DNA of 64,000 nucleotides from Planctomycetota bacterium (lineage in GTDB: Bacteria > Planctomycetota > UBA1135 > UBA2386). Of this stretch, positions 1 to 10,224 are shown one piece after another. The notes beneath the pieces were generated by a model. That model was not told where the DNA came from and did no database searches. It was given only the letters and a program-made list of their open reading frames with translations. The translations under genes and the position numbers were made by a program. Position 1 is the first letter of the stretch; each line of letters opens with the position of its first letter. The stretch is taken from assembly GCA_965223545.1 (NCBI GenBank), contig OZ245006.1:6656001-6720000 (forward strand). The letters run 5' to 3'.

Positions 1-1156
1 GCGCCCCGCGCTGCACGGCGCGCACGTACTCGCCGAAGCCGGCGCGGTACTTGCCCTGCAGGCCGTGGCGGAGGAAGTGCACGGCGACGCTTGCCTGGGC
101 GTAGAACACCGCCAGCGCGGACTCGATGAACACCTTCGTGTCCGCCGGTCGGCCGCCCAACCGCGCCTGCGCGTAGCGAAACACGTTGGTGTAGCCCGGG
201 CCCTCGATCGCGACGAGGTCGGCCATGCCGGCGACGTAGCCCACCGCCTTCGAGTGCATGACTTCGGCGAGCAGCGCGACTTGCTCGGCGTCGATCTTGT
301 GCTCACCGAGCACCGCCGGCGTCGAGCCGTCCTGCACGGCCAGATAGTCGGCGAGTCCTTCGTTGAACCACACCGGCCGCGGCATCACGCCAGGACCGGA
401 ATAGTGGCCCTTCTGCAGGGCGTGCACGGCCTCGTGCAGGATCGCGCGCAGGGCCTCGGCGTGCTCCTCGCGCACGAACGGGTCCTCGTAGGTGACCGAC
501 AGCTCCTGCCGTGCGTCGAAGTGTGCCCGCGCCCAGCGCAGCGACTGGCTCGGCACCGCGCGCGAGAAGTTCTGGTAGCTGCCCTTGTCCGACAGGATGG
601 CGATCGGGTAGCAGCGCACCGTGCCCTCGTGCGCCAGCTGCAACGGGCTGGCGAACTCGCGGACGAAGACCTGCTCCAGCGCGTTCAACCAGGGGTGGAA
701 CTTCCGTTTCAGCCGGTCGTGGTAGCGCGGGTTGGTCTTGCGCGGCCGCTCGACGAAGAACGGAAACACCTCGTCCTCGCCGATGAGCTCGTAGTCGATC
801 TCCTTGAAGAAGGGGTGCACCATGACCCGGTGCTCGATCCGGTAGAGCTGACGGGCCGCCGGATCGCTCTCGATGCGATCGACGCGCTTTGCGACGCGGT
901 CGCGCTCGGCCTGCCATTGCGCCCGGAGTTGCGCCAGCTCCTCCGCGGTGACGCGCTCGCCGGCCCGCGCCTCGAATGGATCGAAGTCGTAGAGCCTGCT
1001 GTAGTCCCCGAAGTAGCACTGCTCGTAGTCCGCCAGCAGGGCGTGCGGGCTGAAGGGAACGCGGTCCTGCGCCGCGCACGGGCGGGCGAGCAGGGTGGCG
1101 GTGCAAACGGCCATTGCCGTCGAGACAAGGACGCCGGATCGATGGGGGTGCCGCAT
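1..1156 (-). CDS. Secreted HEXXH zinc-metallopeptidase-like protein (gluzincin/DUF1570-like); partial, runs off the window edge
   Basis: Manual minus-strand translation from ATG 1156: signal peptide MRHPHRSGVLVSTAMAVCTATLLARPCAAQ, then ILHEAVHALQ...WFNEGLADYL. SD-like CAGGAG upstream. Absent from the ORF track because no stop lies in the window. Confidence 0.75.
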   Translation of the reverse strand, partial: MRHPHRSGVLVSTAMAVCTATLLARPCAAQDRVPFSPHALLADYEQCYFGDYSRLYDFDPFEARAGERVTAEELAQLRAQWQAERDRVAKRVDRIESDPAARQLYRIEHRVMVHPFFKEIDYELIGEDEVFPFFVERPRKTNPRYHDRLKRKFHPWLNALEQVFVREFASPLQLAHEGTVRCYPIAILSDKGSYQNFSRAVPSQSLRWARAHFDARQELSVTYEDPFVREEHAEALRAILHEAVHALQKGHYSGPGVMPRPVWFNEGLADYLAVQDGSTPAVLGEHKIDAEQVALLAEVMHSKAVGYVAGMADLVAIEGPGYTNVFRYAQARLGGRPADTKVFIESALAVFYAQASVAVHFLRHGLQGKYRAGFGEYVRAVQRGA

Positions 1157-1343
1157 GCCGGGGCTCGGGAATCTCCTGATCAGGAGGTTTAGCACAGCCG
1201 GTCCCGGGCGACAATCACGGCGACCGCGCGGTGGTTTCTGCGCGGCGTGCCGGCGCGCCGGTGCGGTTTGGCGCGTAGGCTTCTGCGCGCGGATCGTCCT
1301 TTGGGCACCGAAGCCCCCAGGCCCAGAACCCCCGTCCTCCTCG

Positions 1344-2537
1344 ATGCCCGATCGCAGCGCGATCATCACCTATCCCTTTCCCATCGGCCGGGCGACCGGT
1401 GGTGCGCGGATGACGCGCGAGATCGCCGCCGGCCTCGGCCGTGCGGGGGTGCGCGTGCGCATCGTCACGGTGTCGTCGGATCTGTCGGCGGGGCGGCCGC
1501 GCCGGGCCGCCGCCGCCGAGCACCTGGGCCACGAGTTCGACGAAGAGCTCGCCGCGGTCGGGGTCACGGTGCACCGCGTCGATCCCCACCGCTGGCACTG
1601 GCTGTTGGACGGGCTGCCGGTCAAGCGCGCGGTCGTGCGGCTGTTGCGCGAAGAGCCCGCTGACATCGTGCTGAGCTACCACCACGAGGGCGCGTTCTTG
1701 GTCAAGGTGTGCGCGGAGGCCGGGGCCCGGCGCGGCATCATCGCGACCTGGCAATCGTATGCCGCCTTTCTCGACGCCAAGCTGGCGCCGGGACCGCTCG
1801 ACGGAATGGCCAACGAGCGCCTGATCCGGCGGCCGTTTCGCTCGGCGGACGTCCTGTTCGCGACCTCGCGCTACACCCGGGGGGAGCTGGTCGACGCGGT
1901 CGGAGTTGCGCCAGAACGCGTGCGGCTGATGCCGCTCGGCGTGCGGGAGGACTTCTTCTCCATCCCGCGCGAGCGCGAGGATCGCATCGAGCGCCTGCTG
2001 TTCTTCGGTCGGGTGATCGAGTCCAAAGGCGTGTTCGACCTGCTCGAGGCGCTGGCGCGCGTGCAGCGAGACGGCGTGGACCACTGGACCCTTCGGGTCG
2101 TCGGCTTGGGTCGGCACGAGGCGGTCCGCGACGCCGCCCGCCGCCTCGGCATCGCCGACCGGGTCGAGGTGCGCGACGCGGTCGACGACCAGGGCCTGCG
2201 CCACGAGCTCGAGCGTGCCCAGCTGGTGGCGTTGCCCAGCCACTTCGAGGCGTTCGGGCTGGCGTTCGCCGAGGCGCAGGCGGCGGCGTTGCCAGTGGTC
2301 GCCTACCGCGCCGGGTCGGTGCCGGAGGTCGTGCAGGACGGGACCACGGGCTGGCTGGCGCCGTTGCGAGACATCGATGGCTTGACGGCGTGCCTGCAGC
2401 AAGCGCTGACCGATGCCGCGGCGACGCAGGCGGCCGGGCGGGCGGCGCGGGAGCGAATGCAGCGCGAGTTCACTTGGCAGCGCACGGCGACGGTCGTCCT
2501 CGACGGCATCGAGGCGGTGTGCGGAGTGTCGGTATGA
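1344..2537 (+). CDS. Glycosyltransferase family 4 (GT-B)
   Basis: FFGRVIESKG and PSHFEAFGLAFAEAQAA motifs; start at ATG 1344 inferred. Confidence 0.9.
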   Translation: MPDRSAIITYPFPIGRATGGARMTREIAAGLGRAGVRVRIVTVSSDLSAGRPRRAAAAEHLGHEFDEELAAVGVTVHRVDPHRWHWLLDGLPVKRAVVRLLREEPADIVLSYHHEGAFLVKVCAEAGARRGIIATWQSYAAFLDAKLAPGPLDGMANERLIRRPFRSADVLFATSRYTRGELVDAVGVAPERVRLMPLGVREDFFSIPREREDRIERLLFFGRVIESKGVFDLLEALARVQRDGVDHWTLRVVGLGRHEAVRDAARRLGIADRVEVRDAVDDQGLRHELERAQLVALPSHFEAFGLAFAEAQAAALPVVAYRAGSVPEVVQDGTTGWLAPLRDIDGLTACLQQALTDAAATQAAGRAARERMQREFTWQRTATVVLDGIEAVCGVSV

Positions 2538-3115
2538 AGGTCTTCGGCACCGGCTTCCAGCGCACCGGCACGACTTCGCTGGCGCGCGCCCTGCGCGCCC
2601 TCGGCATCGCCACGCGCGACTGTCCGGCCGAGCTCTGGCGCGATCTCGACGACGACTGCATCCGGCGGCACGATGGCTTCACCGACAACCCGATCCCGCT
2701 GGTCTACCGCGAGCTCGACGCGCGCCACCCGGGCGCCAAGTTCGTCCACACCGAGCGCGATGAAGAGGCCTGGCTGAAGAGCGTGGAGTGGCTGTTCACG
2801 GTGGGGGCGGTCAAGTTCCGCTGGGACAGCAATCCCCACTTCCACGAGTTCCACCAAGCGCTCTACGGCACCACGCGGTTCGAACCCGAGGTGTTCCGGC
2901 AGCGGTATCGCCGGCACAACCTCGAGGTGCGGGAGTACTTCGCGGCGCGGCCCGATGACTTGTTGGTGATGGACATCTCCCGCGGCCAGGGCTTCGAACT
3001 GCTGTGTCCGTTCTTGGGCGTGCCGATCCCGGCGGAGCCCTTTCCCCACGGCAACCAGCGCGAACCGGCGTGGCGCGTCCGGCTGCGGCGCCTGCGGTCG
3101 CGGATCGGTCTGTGA
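2534..3115 (+). CDS. Sulfotransferase-family protein (Sulfotransfer_4-like)
   Basis: MKVFGTGFQRTGTTSLARAL 5'-PSB-like loop, KFVHTERD..WLKS, LCPFLG...PFPH.N; ATGA overlap with the GT4 stop. Confidence 0.85.
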   Translation: MKVFGTGFQRTGTTSLARALRALGIATRDCPAELWRDLDDDCIRRHDGFTDNPIPLVYRELDARHPGAKFVHTERDEEAWLKSVEWLFTVGAVKFRWDSNPHFHEFHQALYGTTRFEPEVFRQRYRRHNLEVREYFAARPDDLLVMDISRGQGFELLCPFLGVPIPAEPFPHGNQREPAWRVRLRRLRSRIGL

Positions 3116-3200
3116 AAGGTCGTTGCACCGAACCTCGTGGCGTACCCGTGCTTTTCTGGTCGAGGGGCGCGCCTGGCGCAGCGACTATCGGCCCGCTCAA

Positions 3201-3235
3201 GTGACCTTGACACCGCGCCCGAGCCAGGTCACGGT
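3201..3235 (+). promoter_or_regulatory. Candidate sigma70 promoter with overlapping inverted repeat
   Basis: TTGACA (3207-3212), 17 nt, CACGGT; overlapped by the GTGACCT-N18-AGGTCAC dyad. Confidence 0.3.
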
Positions 3236-3274
3236 GAAGTGTGTCCGCAGACCGTGAGAATGGAGCCGAGGTAG

Positions 3275-4750
3275 ATGGAGGGTTTTCGACTGCCCAAGCT
3301 CACCGCGATCGCCGGGGCGGCCGTTGTTCTAGGTCTCACCTCATGCGCAGGAGTGAAGACGATGCTCGACGCAAGCACCGTTGCCGAAGTCGTCAACGCG
3401 ATGAACCGGGTCGGTTTGATGGTCGACCAACGTCAATGGGAATCTCTCGAGACCGAGGCTTTCGCGGATCGCGTCCACGTCGACTACACGTCGCTTGTCG
3501 GTGGGGACCCCCAGGACAACATCTCTCCGGCCGACCTGATCGCCGGCTGGCGAGCCGCTCTCGGGCCGCTCAAGTCCACCCAGCATCTCGTCGGGAGCCA
3601 TCGCGTCACCTTCGATGACGCCGGCGAGGCGATGGTCTTCAGCACGTTTATCGCCACTCACGTCGCGCACCAAGCTCCTGGCGGCACCATGTGGACTCTG
3701 GGCGGCGACTACGAGCACCGCTTGCGCAGAATCGAGGGTCAGTGGCGGGTCACCTCCATCAAGATGATGGCGAAGTGGTCCACCGGGAACGATGCGCTGT
3801 TGCAGGAGGTCGGAGGGCTGGCGGCAGCGACGGCTCCGAGCCGTCTAAACCTGCAGAATACGCCGGCTCGCGAAGGGGTCGAACGCCTCGACGTCACGTT
3901 CAAGAGCGGTGCGGCCACACTCGTCGGTCACCTCTACCGGCCGAGGGGTTCCAGCGGGCCTCTCCAGGCGGTCATCGTCACCGGCGCGTGGACGTCCGTG
4001 AAGGAGCAGATGTCCGGCACCTACGCCCGCGAGCTCGCAGCGCGAGGCTTTGCAGCGCTGGCCTTCGACTTCGCTGGCTGGGGCCAATCCGAGGGCGATC
4101 ACCGTTTCGAAGAAGACCCCGCTCGCAAGACCGCCGACATCCTCGCCGCGGCGGACTTCATGACCGGCCGTGATGACATCGATCCGAAGAACATCTCTGG
4201 CCTCGGCATTTGCGCCTCCTCGGGGTACATGGCCGAAGCCGTCTCCAAGAGCGATAAGCTGAGGAAGCTGGCCCTCGTCGCGGCCTGGCTCCACGACGAG
4301 GAGCTCGTCGAGCAGGTCTACGGCGGAGCCGAGACGGTCAAGAGCCTCGTCGAGGCCAGCCGCGCCGCAGAGAAGGAGGCCCAGCCGCTTGTTCTCGTCG
4401 CCGCGAGTACGACTGACAACACCTCGCCGATGTTTCAGGCGCCGTACTACACCGAGTCCGATCGCGGTCTCATCCCCGAGTACGACAACAAGTTCAGTAT
4501 CACTACCTGGGAGCCCTGGCTTAGCTACGACGGCTTGGCCTCCGCCGCCTCGCTCACCAAGCCCGTGCTCATGGTGTGCTCTGATGCTGCGGCTTTGCCT
4601 GCGGGCGCCCGCCGCTACACCGAACGCACGAAGGCACCCGTGACCGAGCTCTGGCTCGATGACGTCTACCAGTTTGACTTCTATGATCGCGAGGACGTCG
4701 TCCTGAAGGTCTCCGACGCGATCGCGGCTCACCTGTCGAAGCCCGAGTGA
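3275..4750 (+). CDS. Putative lipoprotein: SnoaL/NTF2-like domain fused to alpha/beta hydrolase (YcjY-like)
   Basis: Lipobox LTSC; VDYTSL..G, TQHLVG and GGDYEHRL are SnoaL_4-like; VKEQM, FDFAGWGQSEG and GICASSG mark the hydrolase domain. Confidence 0.8.
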   Translation: MEGFRLPKLTAIAGAAVVLGLTSCAGVKTMLDASTVAEVVNAMNRVGLMVDQRQWESLETEAFADRVHVDYTSLVGGDPQDNISPADLIAGWRAALGPLKSTQHLVGSHRVTFDDAGEAMVFSTFIATHVAHQAPGGTMWTLGGDYEHRLRRIEGQWRVTSIKMMAKWSTGNDALLQEVGGLAAATAPSRLNLQNTPAREGVERLDVTFKSGAATLVGHLYRPRGSSGPLQAVIVTGAWTSVKEQMSGTYARELAARGFAALAFDFAGWGQSEGDHRFEEDPARKTADILAAADFMTGRDDIDPKNISGLGICASSGYMAEAVSKSDKLRKLALVAAWLHDEELVEQVYGGAETVKSLVEASRAAEKEAQPLVLVAASTTDNTSPMFQAPYYTESDRGLIPEYDNKFSITTWEPWLSYDGLASAASLTKPVLMVCSDAAALPAGARRYTERTKAPVTELWLDDVYQFDFYDREDVVLKVSDAIAAHLSKPE

Positions 4751-5112
4751 TTCCGCGAGCACTCAAGAGGTGCATCAGCACCGGCTACCGGCACCCTCGG
4801 CCGGATGCTCCGGTCGCTCGACGACCGAACCTAGCGGCGTGACTCAGACAGATGGGGATCATCCGAGAGGCGGCCGCGGATGGCCTCGGAGAATGGCGCA
4901 GATTTCTGATTCACACCACTAGACTAAGACTAGAGGGGGAGCTTTGCGGGTCTCAGTCCTGTGGAGCCACGCTGCAGAAGCTCGCCGCTCCCGTCGCGCG
5001 CACATCGTCAAGAGAGCCAAGAAGAGGGCCGCCGATAATATTTGTCCGGTCCACCCTCGACGCCGGTCGATGCGGTCGCTAACCTCTCGGCCCCTCATTT
5101 TCGACTCGCCGT

Positions 5113-5343
5113 ATGGAATCGACCCTCCCTCAGCAGCTGGTCCGCCAGGTCGGTGGCTCCTTCCGGCTCACCGCTCTGTTGCAAAAGCGCGTGCGTGAGC
5201 TGGTGCGTGGCCAGCGCCCGCTGTTCGAGACGCGCGAACGCAACTACATCCGGATCGCGGCCGAGGAGCTGCAGCGCGGCCTGATCGAGCTGGCGCCCGA
5301 GGAAGAGGGCGACGCCGAGGCGGCGGAGACGCCGTCCGCCTGA
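5113..5343 (+). CDS. rpoZ: RNA polymerase omega subunit
   Basis: VGGSFRLTALLQKRVREL..G.RPL...IAAEEL, the planctomycete-type omega pattern. Confidence 0.8.
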   Translation: MESTLPQQLVRQVGGSFRLTALLQKRVRELVRGQRPLFETRERNYIRIAAEELQRGLIELAPEEEGDAEAAETPSA

Positions 5344-5388
5344 GCCCGTCCGGCTGAGTCCGTCCGCCTGGGGCCCGTCCGCCGGAGC
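5332..5388 (+). repeat. Four degenerate 14-15-nt tandem repeats (CCGTCCGCCTGAGC) starting in the rpoZ 3' end
   Basis: Units at 5332, 5346, 5360 and 5375, read directly. Confidence 0.7.
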
Positions 5389-5501
5389 CCCGGCGGCGCG
5401 GCCCGGCCGCGTCGCGATTTGAGACAGCCCGCCACCGGGTTGCCGGCGCACTCGAGGTCTGCCGCGGCGATGCCGATAGGGACGTCGGAGGACTGCCGTT
5501 C

Positions 5502-6281
5502 ATGAACCGACCCCTCGCCGCCGCCATCGTCGCGGCCTCGATCAGCGTCTGCGCTCCCGCGCAGAACGAGGTGCTGCGCGAAGAGATCCGCTCGCGCATC
5601 CACGAGATGCGCAACGCCATCAAGGAGGGCGTGCCGGTGGTCACCAACGTGCGCGTCAAAGTGCGGCTGCGCAACCGGCACAAGATCCAGGGCGTGGTCA
5701 AGCAGGGCCGCTTCATCGAGAAGCTCAGCCGCCTCGACTTCGCCCCGGCCGACACGCAGACCGCCGGCGCCGGCATCCGCATCTGGTACTACAACAAGAC
5801 CAACAGCTACGTCTTCCTGCCCTTCGAGGCGATCGAGTCGTACCGCATCGGCGAACGGCTGACCGACGAAGAGGTGCAGCGCATCGAGGCGGAGATCGAG
5901 GCCGAGCGCGAGCGGTCGGCGAGCGCGCGGGCGCAGCTGCTGGCGGAGCGCGCGGCGCAGGTTAACGCGGAGCAAGCGCCTGAGAGCAGCGAGAAGCCGC
6001 CGACCGGGGAGCACCCCGCCGAGGGCGAGGAGGCCGCGGAGGCCGCGGGCGATGCCGCGCTGCTGGCCCTGCTCGACGAGTACCCACCCACGGCGGGCTG
6101 GGGCCAGGACCGCATGCACGAGATCCAGATGCGCAAGATCACCGTCGGTGTCTACCCCGACGAGAAGAGCCGCCGCTTCGTCGAGGTGTTCTCCGACTGG
6201 CAGAAGGCGATGCAGCTGAAGAAGCAGCGCGAAGCCGAAGAGGCGCCGCCGCCCGCGCCGCAGCCGCCGGCCGGCAAGTAG
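5502..6281 (+). CDS. Secreted hypothetical protein
   Basis: Signal peptide ending APA|Q, strong GC3 codon bias, GGAGG SD; no family recognised. Confidence 0.75.
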   Translation: MNRPLAAAIVAASISVCAPAQNEVLREEIRSRIHEMRNAIKEGVPVVTNVRVKVRLRNRHKIQGVVKQGRFIEKLSRLDFAPADTQTAGAGIRIWYYNKTNSYVFLPFEAIESYRIGERLTDEEVQRIEAEIEAERERSASARAQLLAERAAQVNAEQAPESSEKPPTGEHPAEGEEAAEAAGDAALLALLDEYPPTAGWGQDRMHEIQMRKITVGVYPDEKSRRFVEVFSDWQKAMQLKKQREAEEAPPPAPQPPAGK

Positions 6282-6399
6282 CGCCTAGGTTCGCATGGAG
6301 AGTCGGCGCCCCTGGACGCCGCTCGCTGCGCTGCGCCTCCTCGTGTTGCCGATCACTCGGCCCCGGAGGCCTTCCGTCTCACGGTTGCCGTGGCGTACC

Positions 6400-6885
6400 A
6401 TGAGCTCGAGCATTGCCCTGCCGGTGCAAGAGGAGGCGCCGTTGAGTAGCGAGGTCACGATTCGACAGGCTCTGGGGCCCGACTTCGACGCCATCGCGTC
6501 TCTCGAGCCGATCGCCCGGGACGATCCTCGATGGGCGGCCTTCGTGCGGACCGCGATCGCCCGGGAAGAGTGCTTCGTGGCCACGAGAGGCGACTCGGTG
6601 CTGGGCTGCGCGATCCTGGACTACTCCTTCTTCACGAACGGCTTCATTCCTCTCGTGAGCGTCGATGCGGAATCGCGGCGCCAGGGCATCGCGACCGCCT
6701 TGATCCGGTACCTCGAGACGCACTGCCGGACCCCGAAGCTGTTCACATCCACCAACGTGTCCAACTCCGGAATGCAGGAACTGCTGCGCAAGCTCGGGTT
6801 CGTGGCCACGGGATTCGTGGACAACCTCGATCCCGGTGACCCGGAGCTGGTGTTCTTCAAGGTCGCGAAGTCCGCTCGCGGGTGA
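6400..6885 (+). CDS. GNAT family N-acetyltransferase
   Basis: V...RRQGIATALI acetyl-CoA motif; KLFTSTNVSN..MQ.LL.KLGF. Confidence 0.85.
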   Translation: MSSSIALPVQEEAPLSSEVTIRQALGPDFDAIASLEPIARDDPRWAAFVRTAIAREECFVATRGDSVLGCAILDYSFFTNGFIPLVSVDAESRRQGIATALIRYLETHCRTPKLFTSTNVSNSGMQELLRKLGFVATGFVDNLDPGDPELVFFKVAKSARG

Positions 6886-6967
6886 TCGAGGAAGGCGCTG
6901 CTCTTCGCCACGACTCGAAGCATGCGCGGACGAGGCGCCGTCGCCGGTAGACCTGCGAAACACGAGA

Positions 6968-9268
6968 CTAGCCGCGCGGCCGCCGCTGCAGCCAACGCGG
7001 CAACAGATAGAAGTCGAACCAGAGCGCGGCGCCGATCGCCAGCGGCGCGGTCCACGCCAGCTGGCGGTAGTCGGCCAGGCCGCTGAGGGCAAAGGTGGCA
7101 AAGCCTGCGGCCAGCGCCACCGAGCTCAGCAGGATCGAGCCGCCGACCGCGGCGACTCCGGCGCTGACCGGATCGGGGTGGCGGTTGCGCTGCGCGCGCC
7201 GCACCGCGAGCAGCAGGTGCACGGTGTCATCGACCAGGACGCCCAGCAGTGCGGCGGTCAACACGGCGGAGTAGACGCTGACCGACGCCCCCGTCAGCAC
7301 CAGTAGATTGGCGATGGCGACCACCGTGAGGCCGTTGGCGAGCAGGGCGGCCCACCATGCCCGCAGGCTGGGGGCGGCGGCGGCCAGCAGCAGCGCCAGC
7401 AGGCCGCCGATCGCGACCACCGACCGCAGCTGCGTGTTGCGTGCCGCCACCGAGGCCTCGGCGACCAGCACTGCGTAGCCGGTCGTGTAGATGCGGCGGG
7501 CGCCGAGTGTTGCGCGAAACGGGGTCAGGACTTCGCGCTCGAGCTTCGCCGTCAGCGCCAGCAGCGCGCCGGGAGCCAGCGCCGGCACGCGGCAGCCGAA
7601 GCGCAGGCGATCGCCGTCCGCCGACACCAGCTCGGCCATCGCATCGGCGAACTGCGCGACCACCGGCGACGCCGACGCCGCGCCGGAGGCGGAGATGCGC
7701 AAGTACGGCTCCAGCAGATGGCGGGCGGCGTACTCCGCCGTCGCCGGCTGCAGCGGCAGCGCGGCTTCCGCCGCCGGCAGCAGCCGGTGCTGCAGTCCGC
7801 GCAGCAGGGTCGCCGGGCCGAGGACGAACGGCAGGCTGGCTCCGCCACTGGCGCGCAGCGCCTGCTCGAACGCCTCGAGCTCGAGCAGGGTCGACGGTTG
7901 TAGAAGTCGGTCGCGGTCGAGATCGACCACGACCTCGAGCGTGGTCGGCGCGCCGAACAACGCCTGCGCGTGCCGGGCGTCGGCGACCCGCGGATGGGCG
8001 GCGGGCAGCTGCTGCAAGGGGTCGTCGAGGGGCAGCAGCGCGCGGTCGACGAGTAAGAACCAGGGCGCGCCGAGGAGGACCGCCACGGCGATGGCGCCGC
8101 GGCCGGTAGCGCGCAGCGGCGCTCCGGACCGCGACCCGGCCGGTATCGCGGCGGCCGCTGGTGGCCCGCAGCAGAACCGCATCGCGGCGCTGGCGATCGC
8201 GAAGGCGAGCGCACTGCCGGCGGCCACTTCGACGCCGAGCGCGCGCAGTGGACGGAGGTCGCTCAGTGTGAGCGCGGCGAAGCCGGCAGCGGTGGTCGCG
8301 GTGGCCAGAGCGCACGCCAGCCAGACCGAGCGGCGGGTTGCCGCACCGCGGCGCAGGGCGCGGCCGAAGTGGACATACGTGGCGCCGGCGGTGACCAACA
8401 GCAGGGGAGCCAGCGCGTGGCTGAAGCCGTGCAGCGGTCGGCCGGCCGCCACCGCTCCCCACGCCAGGGCCGCGGTCACGATCGGCCACGCGGCGGTGAA
8501 GCCGACCGCGGCGCGCGCCGGGACGCCGCCGGCCGCGCCGAAGGCGATGACCACGAGCAGCGCTGCGAGCGCGCCCCAGAGAGCGTCGCGCTGCAGCTGC
8601 TCGATCGCCGTCGCGCGCAGCAGCGCCGCGCCCGTGGCCCACGCGCGGATCGTGGGGTCGGCCGGCGCCGGCAGCCCGTCGGCGATGGCGAGCGCGCGCG
8701 CCGCGTAGTCCGCCGTGTCGCGCATCGCCGGCTCCAGCAGCACCCAGATCGCGATCGCCCGCCCGTCGGCGCTGATCAGGTGGCGCAGCAGCGGATCGCC
8801 CGTGATCCGCGCGCGCAGGTCCTCGGCTTCGTCACCGATCGCCTCGCGGTCGGCCGGCAGCAGCGCGCGCGGCAGTGGGGGCAGGCCCGGGTCGAGCACG
8901 GCATAGTCGGCCGTGTTGGCCAGGCTGACGACCTTGGCGACCTCGGCGCGCGGCTCGAGCCAGGCGACGATGCGGTCGACGGCGGCGAAGAACCCGGGCC
9001 GGAACACCGGATCGGCAGCCGCGTCGCGGACCGTCACCAGCAGCGTGTCGTCGGTGCCGAAGGTGGCGTCGAAGTCGGCGAACGTGGCCGCCGTCGGGCT
9101 GTCGTCGGCGAACAGCTGGCCGAGCGAGGTGTCGAACGAGAGCCGCGGCATGGCCGCCATCAGCGCCGCCACGCCGGCCGCGGCCGCTGTTGCGGCCACG
9201 CCGAGCCGCCCGCGCCCGGCCCGCGGGCGGCCCGATCGGCGCGCCGGCTGCGCGGAAACCACGTCCAT
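6968..9268 (-). CDS. MMPL/RND-family transporter (divergent)
   Basis: Two repeats of a periplasmic loop plus TM bundle; ATTAAGFAAL and GVLVDDTVH motifs. Confidence 0.75.
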   Translation of the reverse strand: MDVVSAQPARRSGRPRAGRGRLGVAATAAAAGVAALMAAMPRLSFDTSLGQLFADDSPTAATFADFDATFGTDDTLLVTVRDAAADPVFRPGFFAAVDRIVAWLEPRAEVAKVVSLANTADYAVLDPGLPPLPRALLPADREAIGDEAEDLRARITGDPLLRHLISADGRAIAIWVLLEPAMRDTADYAARALAIADGLPAPADPTIRAWATGAALLRATAIEQLQRDALWGALAALLVVIAFGAAGGVPARAAVGFTAAWPIVTAALAWGAVAAGRPLHGFSHALAPLLLVTAGATYVHFGRALRRGAATRRSVWLACALATATTAAGFAALTLSDLRPLRALGVEVAAGSALAFAIASAAMRFCCGPPAAAAIPAGSRSGAPLRATGRGAIAVAVLLGAPWFLLVDRALLPLDDPLQQLPAAHPRVADARHAQALFGAPTTLEVVVDLDRDRLLQPSTLLELEAFEQALRASGGASLPFVLGPATLLRGLQHRLLPAAEAALPLQPATAEYAARHLLEPYLRISASGAASASPVVAQFADAMAELVSADGDRLRFGCRVPALAPGALLALTAKLEREVLTPFRATLGARRIYTTGYAVLVAEASVAARNTQLRSVVAIGGLLALLLAAAAPSLRAWWAALLANGLTVVAIANLLVLTGASVSVYSAVLTAALLGVLVDDTVHLLLAVRRAQRNRHPDPVSAGVAAVGGSILLSSVALAAGFATFALSGLADYRQLAWTAPLAIGAALWFDFYLLPRWLQRRPRG

Positions 9269-9306
9269 CGTGCGCCGCGGATGATACCGCGCTACGCTCT
9301 CGGCCC

Positions 9307-10224
9307 ATGAAGCTGGCGATGTTGTTCACCGGGCAGGGCTCGCAGTTCGCGGGCATGGGCGCGGACTTGGCCGACCGCTTCGCCGCGGCGCGCGAGGTGT
9401 TCGACCTCGCCGACGAGGTGCTGGACGCACCGCTCTCCAAGCTCTGCTTCGAGGGGCCGGACGAGGAGCTCGCCCTCACCGAGAACACGCAGCCGGCGAC
9501 GTTGGCGGTGTCGCTGGCGGCGTACCGTGCCCTCGGCCGCGTGCCGGATCTCGCCGCGGGCCACTCGCTCGGCGAGTACAGCGCGTTGACCGCCGCCGGC
9601 GCGCTCGATCTCGGCGACGCCCTGCGGCTGGTGCGCGAGCGCGCCCGCCGCATGCAGCGCGCGGTGCCGCGCGGCGTCGGCGGCATGGTCGTGCTGCGCA
9701 AGATGGCGCGCTCGGAGGTCGAGGACCTGGTGCAGCGCGTCGACCGTGGCGTCTGCGAGATCGCCAACTACAACTCGCCGGCGCAGTACGTGGTCTCGGG
9801 CGAGACCGCCGCGCTCGAGCAGGTGATCGAGCTGGCCGGCGCGCGCAAGGCGATGCAGCTGCCGGTCTCCGTGCCGTTCCACTGCTCGCTCCTCGCCGCC
9901 GCGGCCCGCGAGTTCGCCGAGGTCCTCGACGCGGTCGAGATGCGCGACCCGGCGTTCCCGATCTACACCAACGTCGATGCCGCGCCGGTGACCACCGCCG
10001 CCGCGGCGCGCGATGCGCTGGCGCGCCAGTTCGCCGGCGCCGTCCGCTGGGAGGGGAGTGTGCGCCGCATCTTACTCGACGAGAGCACGCGGCGGTTCGT
10101 CGAGTGCGGGCCGAAAGCCCCGCTGCTGCGGATGGTGACGCAGATCGCCGCGGCGATCGACGCCGAGGGCGTCGAGACCTACTCGGCGACCACCGCCGAC
10201 GAGGTGGAGTCGCTGCGTTCGTGA
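9307..10224 (+). CDS. fabD: Malonyl-CoA:ACP transacylase
   Basis: FTGQGSQ, TENTQP, GHSLGEY, VSVPFH. Confidence 0.95.
   Translation: MKLAMLFTGQGSQFAGMGADLADRFAAAREVFDLADEVLDAPLSKLCFEGPDEELALTENTQPATLAVSLAAYRALGRVPDLAAGHSLGEYSALTAAGALDLGDALRLVRERARRMQRAVPRGVGGMVVLRKMARSEVEDLVQRVDRGVCEIANYNSPAQYVVSGETAALEQVIELAGARKAMQLPVSVPFHCSLLAAAAREFAEVLDAVEMRDPAFPIYTNVDAAPVTTAAAARDALARQFAGAVRWEGSVRRILLDESTRRFVECGPKAPLLRMVTQIAAAIDAEGVETYSATTADEVESLRS

Noticed and set aside
4751..5112. Possible small ORF or ncRNA upstream of rpoZ (ACTAGACTAAGACTAGA, short hairpins)
   Set aside because: No recognisable RNA family motif or coding bias; insufficient support
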